From Thermoanaerobaculia bacterium (GTDB lineage: Bacteria > Acidobacteriota > Thermoanaerobaculia > Multivoradales > UBA5704): 64,000 nucleotides of DNA. The stretch covers positions 1 to 64,000 of the forward strand of contig JBGAGQ010000008.1 of the NCBI GenBank assembly GCA_044226625.1, written 5' to 3'. Both the position numbers and the translations under genes were made by a program. Positions within the stretch are counted from its first letter, which is position 1; every line of letters begins with the position of its first letter. The notes under the pieces were generated by a model. The model was not told where the DNA came from. It did no database searches and worked only from the letters and a program-made list of their open reading frames with translations. Below, one piece after another: positions 29,701 through 40,200 of the stretch.

Positions 29701-31252
29701 GATACCGGAGATCGAGAGGCAGGTACGAGGCCCCGGCCTCGAGAATTCCCAGGAGGGCGACGACCAGCTCTATCGAGCGCTCGATCCCGAGGCCCACTCT
29801 TTCGTCGGGGGACACATCCCGGGCGCGCAGAGCGCCGGCCACGCAGCCTGCCCGGTGGGCGAGCTCGGCGAACGAAAGATGAGCGCCATCGGCCACGATC
29901 GCAATTCGATCCGGGAAGCGCCGCTCCGCGGCTCGTACCCGCTCCTCGATCCGTTCCTCGCCGTCGAAACTCGCCGCCGTATCGTTGTACTCGATCACTA
30001 GCCGATGACGTTCCGCCGGAAGCAACAGGGAGTGCTCGGCGAGCGGCGAATCCGGCCGCTCGGCCACAGATCGCAGAAAGGTCTCGAAGCAGCCCGCCAG
30101 CCGCCGCGCGTCGCGCATCGCAATCTTCGCCGCGTCCCACGAAAGCTCGATCGACCAGCCCTTTTCGAGGCGCGCGGCGGTCAGTTGGAGCGCAAAGGGC
30201 TCGATCGTGGCCCGCAGCTCGACGAGGGAGGGCGCGCCGCCGTCACCCGACACCTCGAGCCGTCGATCCACGACGTCGAAGAGGAGCTGGAACTCGGCGG
30301 TCTCCCCGGGTTCCGGCAGCCAGACGAAAAACTCCTGGTGCTCCTCCATGGCTTCCCGACGGTCGCCGAGAGCCCGCGCGAGCGCCGAAGCCGAGGTCGC
30401 CGGATCGACCGAAACCACCAGGGGAAGCGCGCGGGCGAGCGGGCCCACGACGGTTTCCAGCCCCTCCAGGGTCCGCCCCGACGCGACCAGGCCGAAGTGA
30501 ATTTCTTTAGAATCCGTCATGCGCCCGAGAAAAGCGGCCCAGCAGCCGAGCAGAGCGTCGACGGGATCGAGGCCGGCTCCTCGCCACAGGCGGGAAAGCA
30601 AGCCCTCCGGCAGTGCGAGCATCATCGTCCGCGGAGCGAATGCAACGCTCGGCTCGTCGCTTACGAAGGGCACCCGAGCCGTCGAGATCGCCTGCAGATC
30701 GACCCCACTCCAGAACCCGAGTCCGTCAGCCGCGTCCGGGTCGTCGAGCATCTCGGAGAGCGCCGCACCCAGCTCTTCATAGGAGGGGCCTCTCCCGAGC
30801 CCATCACGTCCGGTGAGGTCCTCCACCAGCTCCTCGACCAGGCGTTTGAGACCCGCCGCATCGCAGGCGAACGGAGGAAGGTCGAAGGCGATCGACCGAT
30901 GGTTCTCGCCAGAGGCCAGCCAATAGATCGTTCCCGACGCACCGCTCGCGACGCCATCTTCAGGGGAGGGGGGGCCGCCAACCAGCCGGTCGGACGATCG
31001 AGGAGCCGGCTCCACGGAGAGCCGGAGATCGCCGGAGACGAGAGCACCCTCATCTTGCGGATCGACCGTCAGACGAAGCTCCGGATGCCGTCGCACGAGG
31101 CGAGCGACCGCGGAAGAAGCCGCGTCCGAGGTGACGCCGGCGGGCACGCGAAATACGGCGCGGGCTCGAAGGTTGGGCCGCGATGCTGCGAGTGCAAGCG
31201 CCCGCCGCTGTTGCGGCGAGAGGTTCGAGGCGGTCGACGCCACGGCGATCAT
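26738..31252 (-). CDS. NRPS: interface(I)-A(Gln-like)-T-C (1504 aa)
   Basis: N-terminal LSPQQRR C-like domain with HHxxxDG replaced by LPPFACDAAG (~30851-30880); A code DAWQYGLIDK, one residue from the Gln code DAWQFGLIDK; GGHSL; terminal C with HHAVTDAWS. ATGA overlap with the upstream gene. Confidence 0.93.
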   Translation of the reverse strand: MIAVASTASNLSPQQRRALALAASRPNLRARAVFRVPAGVTSDAASSAVARLVRRHPELRLTVDPQDEGALVSGDLRLSVEPAPRSSDRLVGGPPSPEDGVASGASGTIYWLASGENHRSIAFDLPPFACDAAGLKRLVEELVEDLTGRDGLGRGPSYEELGAALSEMLDDPDAADGLGFWSGVDLQAISTARVPFVSDEPSVAFAPRTMMLALPEGLLSRLWRGAGLDPVDALLGCWAAFLGRMTDSKEIHFGLVASGRTLEGLETVVGPLARALPLVVSVDPATSASALARALGDRREAMEEHQEFFVWLPEPGETAEFQLLFDVVDRRLEVSGDGGAPSLVELRATIEPFALQLTAARLEKGWSIELSWDAAKIAMRDARRLAGCFETFLRSVAERPDSPLAEHSLLLPAERHRLVIEYNDTAASFDGEERIEERVRAAERRFPDRIAIVADGAHLSFAELAHRAGCVAGALRARDVSPDERVGLGIERSIELVVALLGILEAGASYLPLDLRYPAVRRAELLSDAGARLAIRSRRDPRLPGIDGVEEVEIESLLSEATPEPETTPGPDGLAYVIYTSGSTGRPKGVAVSHAAILNRLLWMQREYPLHAFDRVLQKTAVTFDASIWEIFCPLISGATVVMAEPEGHRDPAYLAKAIQELDVTVLQLVPSVLGPFLDALQSPATLSLRRLYCGGEALSADLAERVRGLPTRVELVNLYGPTEVSIDASSQRVDGPLETAIVPIGRAIARAQLYVLGRGFDLMPAGAIGELAVGGAGLARGYLGRPDLTAGRFVPSPFGVGSRLYLTGDLARLRADGRFEYLGRSDQQVKVRGVRIEPGEIETALRRTGVSDAVVVVRADAEGIDRLVAYYVPGERELDPAALRTALAGTLPEPMVPSAFMALGELPRLANGKIDRAGLPAIVQTARATQASSFVSPIEEIVAGIWRSVLGLEPIGRDDDFFELGGHSLLATQALSRLRTAFGIELPMRTLFEAPVVKDLARAIELEGAGARSAEPSIDRASRGGDLPLSFAQERLVFLDRLQPGSHAYNLGSALRFDGEVDLAALRFALDGLWRRHESLRTFFPRVRGEAVQRIAPPSTLPVSRFDLSALPIEKRDGTLLEVARRVTRGPFVLEAGPLFRAALVALGPGDLALLVSSHHAVTDAWSNGILMRELAELYTAHRAGRPPRLRELPIQYADFAVWQRAFLAGGSLEQQIAYWRGHLAGAPSALALPFDLPRAPVQSFRGATVSRSYDLELTSSLRRIAAREGSTLYMVLLGAFELLLWDLAGASDFVVGTSIANRNREGVEGLVGFFVNVLPLRAKVSGELTFRQLLGRVRNEALGGYANQDVPFGKLVEALRPGRDAARNPLFQVIFTYENAPTEGLEIGEVRIQPIALEVDTTILDLALVMWETSTGLSAVFRYCSDLLRPATTARWLDRFGRILALVAERPDTPVAEIKGEVGAAQRRERELREADLERAGIERLKIGRRSATAVRSGRRDS

Positions 31253-34200
31253 GGCTCGCCCCCTTCCGCTACCACCGTTTCGGCGATTCCCGTGGGCGCT
31301 CGTTCGACGGACTGCAAGAGCCGGCCGAGCTTCCGCGCGCGCAGCCCCGCCACCGCGCTCCGCCGCTCGGCCGTGAAACGCTCCTCGATGGAAGCGAGCA
31401 GCGAACCGAGCGTGAAATCGGCGCCCCCCGGCTCGGCAAACTTGTCGAACGTCGAGCTCAAAGCCTGCGCCAGGCGCTCGACGCCCGCGGCGTCGAGACG
31501 CCTCACGTCATAAGCGAAGTAGATCTCCATGGAGCGGCCAGGGCGTACGACCAGACTCAACGGATGGCCACTCGATCTCTGCGCTCCCAGTCCAGGGATC
31601 AGCTCGATGCCGGCGATCTGGCGTCCCGGGAACGGGTTCGCCGGGAAGTTCTCGTACACGAGCAGCGCCTCGAACAGCGGTTCCTTCGCCGGCAGACCGC
31701 TCCACTCCTGGACCGCGACGATCGGCGTGTGCTCGAACTCGCGCAGTCGGCTTTGGCGCTCCTGGAGATCGGTCAAGGTCTCCCGGAGAGAACGGTTTCG
31801 ATCGATTCGAAGCCGCACGGCCACGGCGTTGATGAATACGCCGACCATCTCCTCGATTCCGGCCACCTCGGGGGGGCGACCCGAGACGGTCGCGCCGAAC
31901 ACCAGGTCGTCCTGTCCGGACCCCGCCGCCAGCGTCAGACCGACCGCGCCTTGGACGACCGTGTTCAGCGTCACGCGCAACTGCCGAGCCAATCCCTCGA
32001 GGGTCCGGGTCGTCGCGGTCGAGAGCTCCAGTCGCCGTTCAGCGTACCGTTCGTGCGCGGAGCGATCGAGCGGGCGCGCTCCGGGCAGCGGAACAGATTG
32101 CGAGAACCCGGCCAGCTCCGCGCGCCAGGCCTTTTCGGCCCGGGCGAGATCACGGCTGCCGAGCCAGGCAACGTACGACCGGAACGGTGGCGCCGGGGCC
32201 ATCTCGAGACTTCGGCCCTCGCGGAACGCCGCGTAGGCCGCGAATAGATCGCTCAAGAGGCGCGGGACCGACCAGCCATCCAGAATCAGGTGATGGACCA
32301 GCCAAACCAGATCCAGCTCGGTTTCGGTCCGCCTCACGAGCACCCAACGCAGGAGCGGCGCACGGGCGGGATCGAGGCCGCGCAGGCGCTCCGATTCGAG
32401 CAGATCCAAGAGCCGCAGCTCCTGCTCGGCTTCCGGCACTCCTCGCCAGTCTTCCTCGGCCCACGGCAGCTCGACATGGCGCAAGACCACCTGGAGGGGC
32501 CGCTCCAACCCTTCCCACAGGAACGCGGTGCGCAGGGCCGTGTGGCGCTCGACAACCCAGAGCCAGGCGCGACGAAAGGCGTCGGGGTCGAGAGCTCCTC
32601 GCACGCGGGCGTGAACCGAGTGGACGTAGGTCCGCGACTCCGGGGCGAGCAGGCCCTGAAAGAGCATGCCCTCCTGCAAGGGCGTCAACGGATACGCGTC
32701 TCCGATCTCGGCGGCGATTTCGGCCGGCATCGAGGCGGCAAGCGACTCTAAAGCGGGGGCGCCGAGATCCCGCGTTACCGGGCTCTGTTCGACGTCGCGC
32801 TCCGCCGTGCCACCTCGCGCCGGCTCGAGCAGTTGAGCGATCGTCGGCCGTTCGAACAGCTCGCGAGAGGTGAGCTCGACGCCGATCTCCCGTGCGCGGG
32901 TCGCGATCTGGATCGCCAGCACGGAATCGCCTCCCAGCTCGAAAAAGTCGTCGTCGACCCCCACCTCAGCGATCCTCAGTAGGTCCGCCCAAATCGCCGC
33001 CAGCCGTGCTTCAGATCCTGGTTGGGGACGCCGCAGCGGTGTCGACAGCGCCGGCCGGGCATGTCCAGGAAGCATTGGGCTCGGCGCCTCGGCCGCCGCC
33101 TCTCGTCTCTGCAAACGCACCACCCGGTCGCCGCTCGCAAGGGCCGCTTCGATCGCCGCGACGTCCAGTTCGCCGTCCGTCCGGAGGGCGAGCGCGAGCG
33201 GGCGGGAAAGGCCGTCGGCGAAGTCCTCGACCAGCGTCTCGGCGGCTTCCGCGAAGGCATGGGCGGCCAGCGAAGAACCGATCGTCGCCACCGCCGGCCG
33301 CTCGATGCCTCGGTCGCGACAAGCGCCGAGGAAAGAGGTGGCCACACGCAGAGCCGCCTCTCCTTCGGCGAGCGCGTCCGCCGAGGAGTCGCCCTCGAGG
33401 CGAAGCCCCAGCAAGACCGCCGAACCTTCCACCGCCGCGTTGAGTGCTTCTCCGAAACGAAAGTCGAGCGCGTCGCATTCTCCAGCCGTCGCAACGTGCT
33501 CGCACCGCCACCGTATCGTTCCTCCCTCCGCGGTCGGGAAGTCGCCGAGGTCCGTTCGGCTTTCCAACCACAAAGCGTCCGAGATCGGCGCTTCTGGAGC
33601 GACCGGCTCGGCCCGCGATACCCAGCGCTCGCCGCGGCGCCAGGCCGCGGACTCCTCTCCATCGGCGAGCAACTCGGCGGCGAGAAGCTCGACGGTCGCC
33701 GCGACCTCGCGCGCGCCGCTCGGCCTCGAAGCGAAGTCGACGGTCTTGAAGCCCCGTCCGGCCCGTTCGACCAGAGCCCGAGCCAGTCCCATTCGCAGCG
33801 AGCGTTCGGGCGTCACCCGCGCCTCACCGAGAATCGCCGTGCAGCCAGCGGTGATCGCGACCAACCGCGAACCGCGCGGGGCCTCCGTCCCAAACCGGCC
33901 CGCGAGCTCCACCAGAGAGTCGAGAGGCTCCGCCGGAACGGCGAGTTCCGAGAGGTCGACGAGGCGACAAGCGTCCGGGCCGGCGAGGCGTGACAACCAG
34001 CGACACCGCGGTTCGGCCGCGCCTGCTGTGTCGCCCAAGACCTCCGCGCGAACGCCTGCCTCCCGCAGTCTCTCGGCGAGCCGCAGCGCGACCGCCCCGC
34101 CCCCCACGATCTCGTGTTGCGGCAGTTCCGCCACCGGACGAGGCCGAGCCGAACGACCCCAGGCTCGCGCCTGAACCGCGGCGGCTGCACCGATCGGCGT

Positions 34201-37200
34201 CGACTCCACGAACCGGCCGGCCGCCTCGAGGTGGAATCGGCGGCGCTCGAACGGATAGGTCGGCAACGAGACCTTTCGCCCGGCTCCCTCGAGCACCGCG
34301 TCCCAGGCCAGGGACACGCCCCCGCACCAGAGCTCTCCGAAAGCCCGGAGCCATCGGACCCGCTCGGGACCGGCCTCCTCGCCCGCACGCCCGAGCGCCG
34401 AAGCGAACACGGTCCCGGAGGGGGCCGTCGGGTGTCGGGCGGCAAGGGCGGCCAGCCCTCCGCCCGACCCGACCTCCAGGTACGCTCGGCCGGGCGTCGC
34501 GAAGAGCGTCTCGAGACCCTGCGAAAAACGCACCGGCCGCCGAAGGTGCTCCACCCAGTATCCGGGATCCGTCGCCTGATCGTCGCGAATCCAGGTTCCG
34601 GTCAGGTTCGAGAGGAAGGGCAGGCGCGGCGGTGATAAAGGGAACGTCTCGAGTCGTCGTCGGAAATCGCCCAGGATCGGCTCGGTCGCGGACGAATGGA
34701 AGGCACGCGACGTGCGCAATCGGCGGGTTTCGATCCCCGCCGCTGCCAAACGAGCTTCGAGGTCTTCGATCGCCGGGATCGGCCCGGAGAGCGTGCAGAG
34801 ACCGGGTGAATTGACCGCTGCCAGGTCGATTTCTCCGAACCCCGAAGCGAGCCAGGGAGACAACCCCTCCTCCGCCAACGCCACGGAGATCATCGCTCCC
34901 TCGGGGAGCGACTCCATCAGCCGCGCGCGTTCCGCCACGAGCGAGACCGCGTCGGACTGCGACAGAACACCCGAGAGCGTTGCCGCGACGTATTCGCCAA
35001 GGCTGTGTCCGAGCATCGCCACCGGTTGGCCGGCTCTCGCCACGCACGCGCGGGCGAGCGCCATCTCCAACGCGAAGAGGGCCGGCTGGGCGTTGAGCGT
35101 CCTCTCGAGCGCCGAGGCCGCCTCACCCGACCCCGGATCCGCCAGCAGCCAGGATCGCGGATCGATGGACAGCTCGCGGAGGAATCCTTCGCTCCCCTCG
35201 TCGAGCGCGGCGCGGAAGGCCGGATCGGCCTCATAGAGCTCGCGCCCGGCGCCGGGCCGAAGGGTGCCCTGCCCCGGGAACAGGAAAACGACGTCGGCCG
35301 CCTCGGCCCCGGGCGTGCCCGGGTCGTCACGCCTCAACGAGGCGACGGCTTCTTCGAGATCGGAGGCGACGGCGAACCGGCGATGGGCGAATCGCCGCCT
35401 GCCGCTCGCGAGGGTCCGCGCCACATCCGCGAGCGGCAGATCGGGGCGACGTTCGAGGTACGTCGCAAGGCGCTCGGCAGCGGTGGAGAGCGCCGTGGGC
35501 GTCCGGGCCGACAGAACCAGAAGCCGAGGAACGCCGATGGCCTCCGGCTCCACGGGAGGCTCGGGCGCCTCTTCGAGCACGACGTGGGCGTTCGTTCCGC
35601 CCATCCCGAAGGAGGACACGCCGGCCCGCCTCGGTCCGGATCCCGACTCCCAGCTCTCCAGTTGGCGCGGCGCCCGGAAGGGGCTCGCGGCGAGGTCGAC
35701 CGCAGGGTTGGGCCGCACGAAATGCAGCAAAGGCGGGATCGTCCGCCGCTCGATCGCCAGCGCCGCCTTGATCAGTCCAGTGACCCCGGCCGCCGCGTCG
35801 AGGTGGCCGATGTTGGCCTTGATCCCGCCCAACGCGCAGGCGCCGGGTTTCTCGCCCGATGGGCCAAAAGCCTGCGTGAGCGCGCGGATCTCGATCGGGT
35901 CGCCCAGCGGCGTTCCGGTGCCGTGGGTCTCGACATAGCCGATCGAACCCGGTTCGACCCGGGCCGCCCGAAGGGCCGCGGCGATTACCGCCGCCTGCCC
36001 CTCGATGCTCGGCGCGCTGTAGCCCACTTTGCTCGCGCCGTCGTTGTTGATCGCCGACCCGAGGATCACCGCGCGTACGGGGTCGCCGGCCGCCAGTGCA
36101 TCCTTCAAACGTTTGAGCACGACCACCGCGACGCCGTCGCCGCCGAGGGTTCCATCGGCACCGGCGTCGAACGGTCGGCAGTGACCGGTCGCCGTGCGCG
36201 TGCCGCCAGGCACATAGAGGTAACCCACCCGCTGCGGGAAGGAGATCGAAACGCCGCCCGCGACCGCGACGTCGCACTCGTCGAGTCGCAACGCCTGACA
36301 GGCCAGATGCACGGCGACCAGAGAGCTCGAACAGGCGGTCTGCACGGCTACGGCGGGCCCGTCGAGGTCGAGGCGGTACGAGACCCGGCTGGCCAGGAAA
36401 TCCTTGTCGTTCGACAGCGTCGCGCGTAGCCGATCAATCCCTGACGTGGCGCCGGAGGCGACCAGGTTCATCCAGTACGAGCTCGCCGTCGTTCCCGCGT
36501 AGACGCCGATTCGACCGGTAGCCCGCCGCGGATCGCAACCCGCGTCCTCGAGGCCCGACCAGACGCATTCGAGAAATACCCGCTGCTGCGGATCCATCAG
36601 CTCCGCGTCGGCCGGGCTGTAACCGAAGAACTCGGCATCGAAACCATCGGCGTCGTCCAAGGTCCCGCGCGCCGGAACGTAATCCGAGCGGCGGCTCAAC
36701 GCCTCAGGAACTCCCGCCGAGGCGAGCTCGGCAGCCGAGAAACGGGAGATCGATTCGACCCCCGCGCAAACGTTCGCCCACAGTTCTTCGACATTGGCGG
36801 CGCCCGGGAATCGACCGGCCATCCCGACGATCGCGATCGCCGATTCGACTCCGGCCCCGCCACTCGAGCGCAATCTGCGCTCCGGAACGGGAGCGCCTCC
36901 CAGATGCTCCGCGAGCGCCGCGATGGTCGGATACTCGAAAAGATCCATGATCGAGGGAGGCCGCACCGAGCTGCCTGCCAGGCGCTCGGCGAGGCGGTCT
37001 TCGACCTGGATCAACAGCAGAGAGTGGCCGCCGAGATCGAAGAACGTGTCGCGAATCGCCACGCTCTCGCGCCCGAGAACCTCGCACCAGACCTCGGCGA
37101 TCAGGCTCTCTAGATTTGAGCGGGGCTTCTCGCTCTCGGCGGCGGCTGGCGCCGCATACGCTTCGGGGAGAGCGCGTCGATCGATCTTGCCGTTCGGAGT

Positions 37201-40200
37201 GATCGGCAAGCGCGGCATTTCGAACAGATCGGCCGGGATCATGAACGCCGGCAGGCGCTCGCGCAAGAACGCCCGAAGCGCCGGCCCACCGACGGGCTCC
37301 TCGCCGGTTGCGACGTACGCGACGAGACGGATCTCCCCCGCGCCGTCCCTTCGGGCGACGACCGCCGCAGCACGTACCGAGGGGTGATCGGCGAGCGTTG
37401 CCTCGATCTCTCCGAGCTCGACGCGGAAGCCGCGAATCTTCACTTGAGCGTCACGCCGTCCGAGGAAATCGATCTCTCCGCCAGGCCGGTAGCGGCCGAG
37501 GTCGCCCGTCCGATACATCCGCTCTCCGGAGTGGATCCAGGGCTCGGGCAGGAAGCGCTCGGCGGTGGCGCCGGGCCGGCCGAAGTAGCCCCAAGCGAGA
37601 CCGTCTCCCGCGACGTAGATCTCTCCCATCACACCGACGGGGACGGGCTCGAGGCGCTCGTCCAGCACGAACGCTCGGCTGTTCGCAACCGGGCGACCGA
37701 TGGGAATCGGCGCCTCGACCTCCTCGATCCGTTTCCAAGTGCTGAAGGTTCCGTTCTCCGTGGGGCCGTACCCGTTGTAGACCCTTCCGGGGCCCGCCGC
37801 CATGGCCGCCTCCACCGCCACCGGATCGCATGCCTCGCCGCCGAAGATCAACAACCGAAGCGGGCTGAAAGCCGTTTGCGCCTCGCGGGCGACGCGATGA
37901 AACAAAGCGGTGGTGAGGAACAAGACCGAGATTCGGCGGCCCCGAATCTCTTCCCCCAACCGTCGAGGCGAGAGCACCGCTTCGCGCGGCAGCCCGACGA
38001 GGCAGGCACCGTTGAGCAACGCGCCCCAGATCTCGAAATTGGAGGCGTCGAACGAAACGTTGGCGAGCTGCGCCACGCGATCCGAGGCGGCCACGTCGTC
38101 GCCGGTGCCGCAGACCAGGCGCACCACGGCGCGATGCGGGATCACGTTGCCCTTCGGCGTTCCGGTGGAGCCCGAGGTGAAGATGACGCAGGCCGCGCTC
38201 AGGGCGAAGCTCGCGATCGGCAGCGGTGAAGGATCGACGGCGGCGATCTCGGCGGCGAAGGAATCGAGATCGAACCGGCGAGCGGTCCCGTTCGGTAGCG
38301 GGCGATCCAGACCGCGATGCACGAGCAGCACCCTCGGAGAGACGTCCGCGAGCATGCCCGCGAGCCGCTCGGCGGGATGCGAAGGGTCGAGGGTCACAAC
38401 CGCCGCTCCCGCCTTCACCACACCCAACATGGCCACGATCAGATCGGCCGAGGGCTCGAGCAACAGACCGACGAAGTCTCCGGGACGAACTCCGTGGGTG
38501 GTGAGCCAACGCGCCATCCGGTTCGCCTTTTCGCCGAGTTGCCGGTAGGTCTCGCACCGCCCGTCGAATTCGAGCGCGGGCGCCGCGGGCGCGCGAGCGC
38601 ACCGCTCGTCGAACACCTCCTCGAGAGAGCTTTCGCGCGGATAAGCCCTAGGAGCCGAGCCCCAGGCCGTCAGGATCTCGGCGCGCTCGGCTTCTCCGAG
38701 CCATGGCAGATCCTCGACCGTCGCCTCTTCCGACGCCTCCGCGATCCCCGAGAGGATCGCCTGCAAATGGGCGAGCACCCGGACGGCGGCCGCGCGATCG
38801 ACGCGAGCGATCCCATGTTGGATCCTCAGCTCCAGTCGGTCTCCCGGCGAAACGATCAAGGCCAGCGGAAAACTGGTCCGCTCGGTGGCACCGAAGCCGC
38901 CGATTTCCAGGTCGAGGCGATCGGTCAGGCGGGCGGCGAAGTCCGTTCCTAGCGGATAGTTCTCGAAAACCAACAACGATTCGAACAGCGGCAGAGGCCG
39001 CGGGATCTCGGACAGCGGTTGGATATCAACCAGCGCCATCGCCTCGAACGGCTGAAGGTCGATCAACGCCGCTTGCAAGCTTGAGAGCCAGGTGGCGACC
39101 GCCCTACGAGGCGGCGCCTCACCCCGATACGGAAGGGTATTGATGAACAGGCCCACCATTCCCGCGACCCCGTCGAGCGAAAGCGAGCGGCCGGAGACCG
39201 TGGTCCCAAACAGAACGTCCTTCGATCCCGAGGAACGCGCGAGCAGAAGGGTCCAAGCGCCCAGGAGGAACGTGTTGAGCGTCGTCTGTCGCCGACGAAC
39301 CGAGGCGACGAGCGCCGCAGTCGCGGGCGCCGGCAGACGCACGACGAGCTCCTCGATGGCACCCGGCGGCGCCCCCGGACCCCCTTGGTCCTCGGGCAGC
39401 GCGGTAGTCACGGGAATTCCAGCAAGGCGCTCGCGCCACAGACGCTCTCGGTCCGCACGCCGGTTGGCGGCAAGGGCGGCCTGGTAATCGCGCGTCGGCC
39501 GCGGCGCGTCGATCGGGGCCTCGCCGAGGTCCAGCTCCGAGCGGTAGAACGCGAACAGGTCCGACAGCAGAATCGGCAGGCTCCAACCATCGAGAACGAG
39601 ATGGTGGTGAAGGAAGAGACAGCTCCATCGCCGATCGCCGATACGGGCGAGGAGAACGCGCGCGAGCGGCGCGCGTGCGAGGTCGAAACCCGCGCGCCGC
39701 TCGGCTTCGATCAAGTCGCCCAAGCGAAGCCCGGCCTCGCCCTCCGGCAAACCGCGGAGGTCCGCCGTCCGCCACGACAGCTCGGCGCGTTGGTGGATCA
39801 CCTGATGGGGTTCGGAGAGGTTGCGCCAAGCGAACGAGGTCCGAAGCGCGCCGTGGCGCTCGACCAGCCGAGCGAAGGACCTCCGCAAGGCCGGGGCGTC
39901 GAGGCGGCCGGTCAACGAAAAGCGGAAATCCGTGACGTAGGAGGACCCTCGGCCTTCGGCCAGCGCATGGTACAGGAACCCCTGCTGGAGCGGGCCGAGC
40001 GGCAAGACGTCCTCGACGTCGATCTCGCGGGAGGAGAGGATCTCGAGCTCCCGCACCGACAGACGCGAATACGGCACGTCCGACGGCGACAGGACGCTCG
40101 TCCGGCGCTCGCGGCAATGCGTGATCAGCCGCTCCAGATGTTCGCGGTGTGCCGCGGCCAACCGTTCGATGGTCTCGGCCCGGTGGCAGGTCTCGGCGAA

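Noticed and set aside
22485-31252. Calling the product a beta-hydroxyaspartate siderophore
   Set aside because: The A pockets are not Asp-type and no TonB receptor, ornithine hydroxylase or Fur box is evident in the window; it cannot be fully excluded.
32700-33020. ACP with GGDS followed by a DCL-like C, as a second lost epimerase
   Set aside because: C domains directly after PKS modules commonly look DCL-like, so loss of an E domain is not required.
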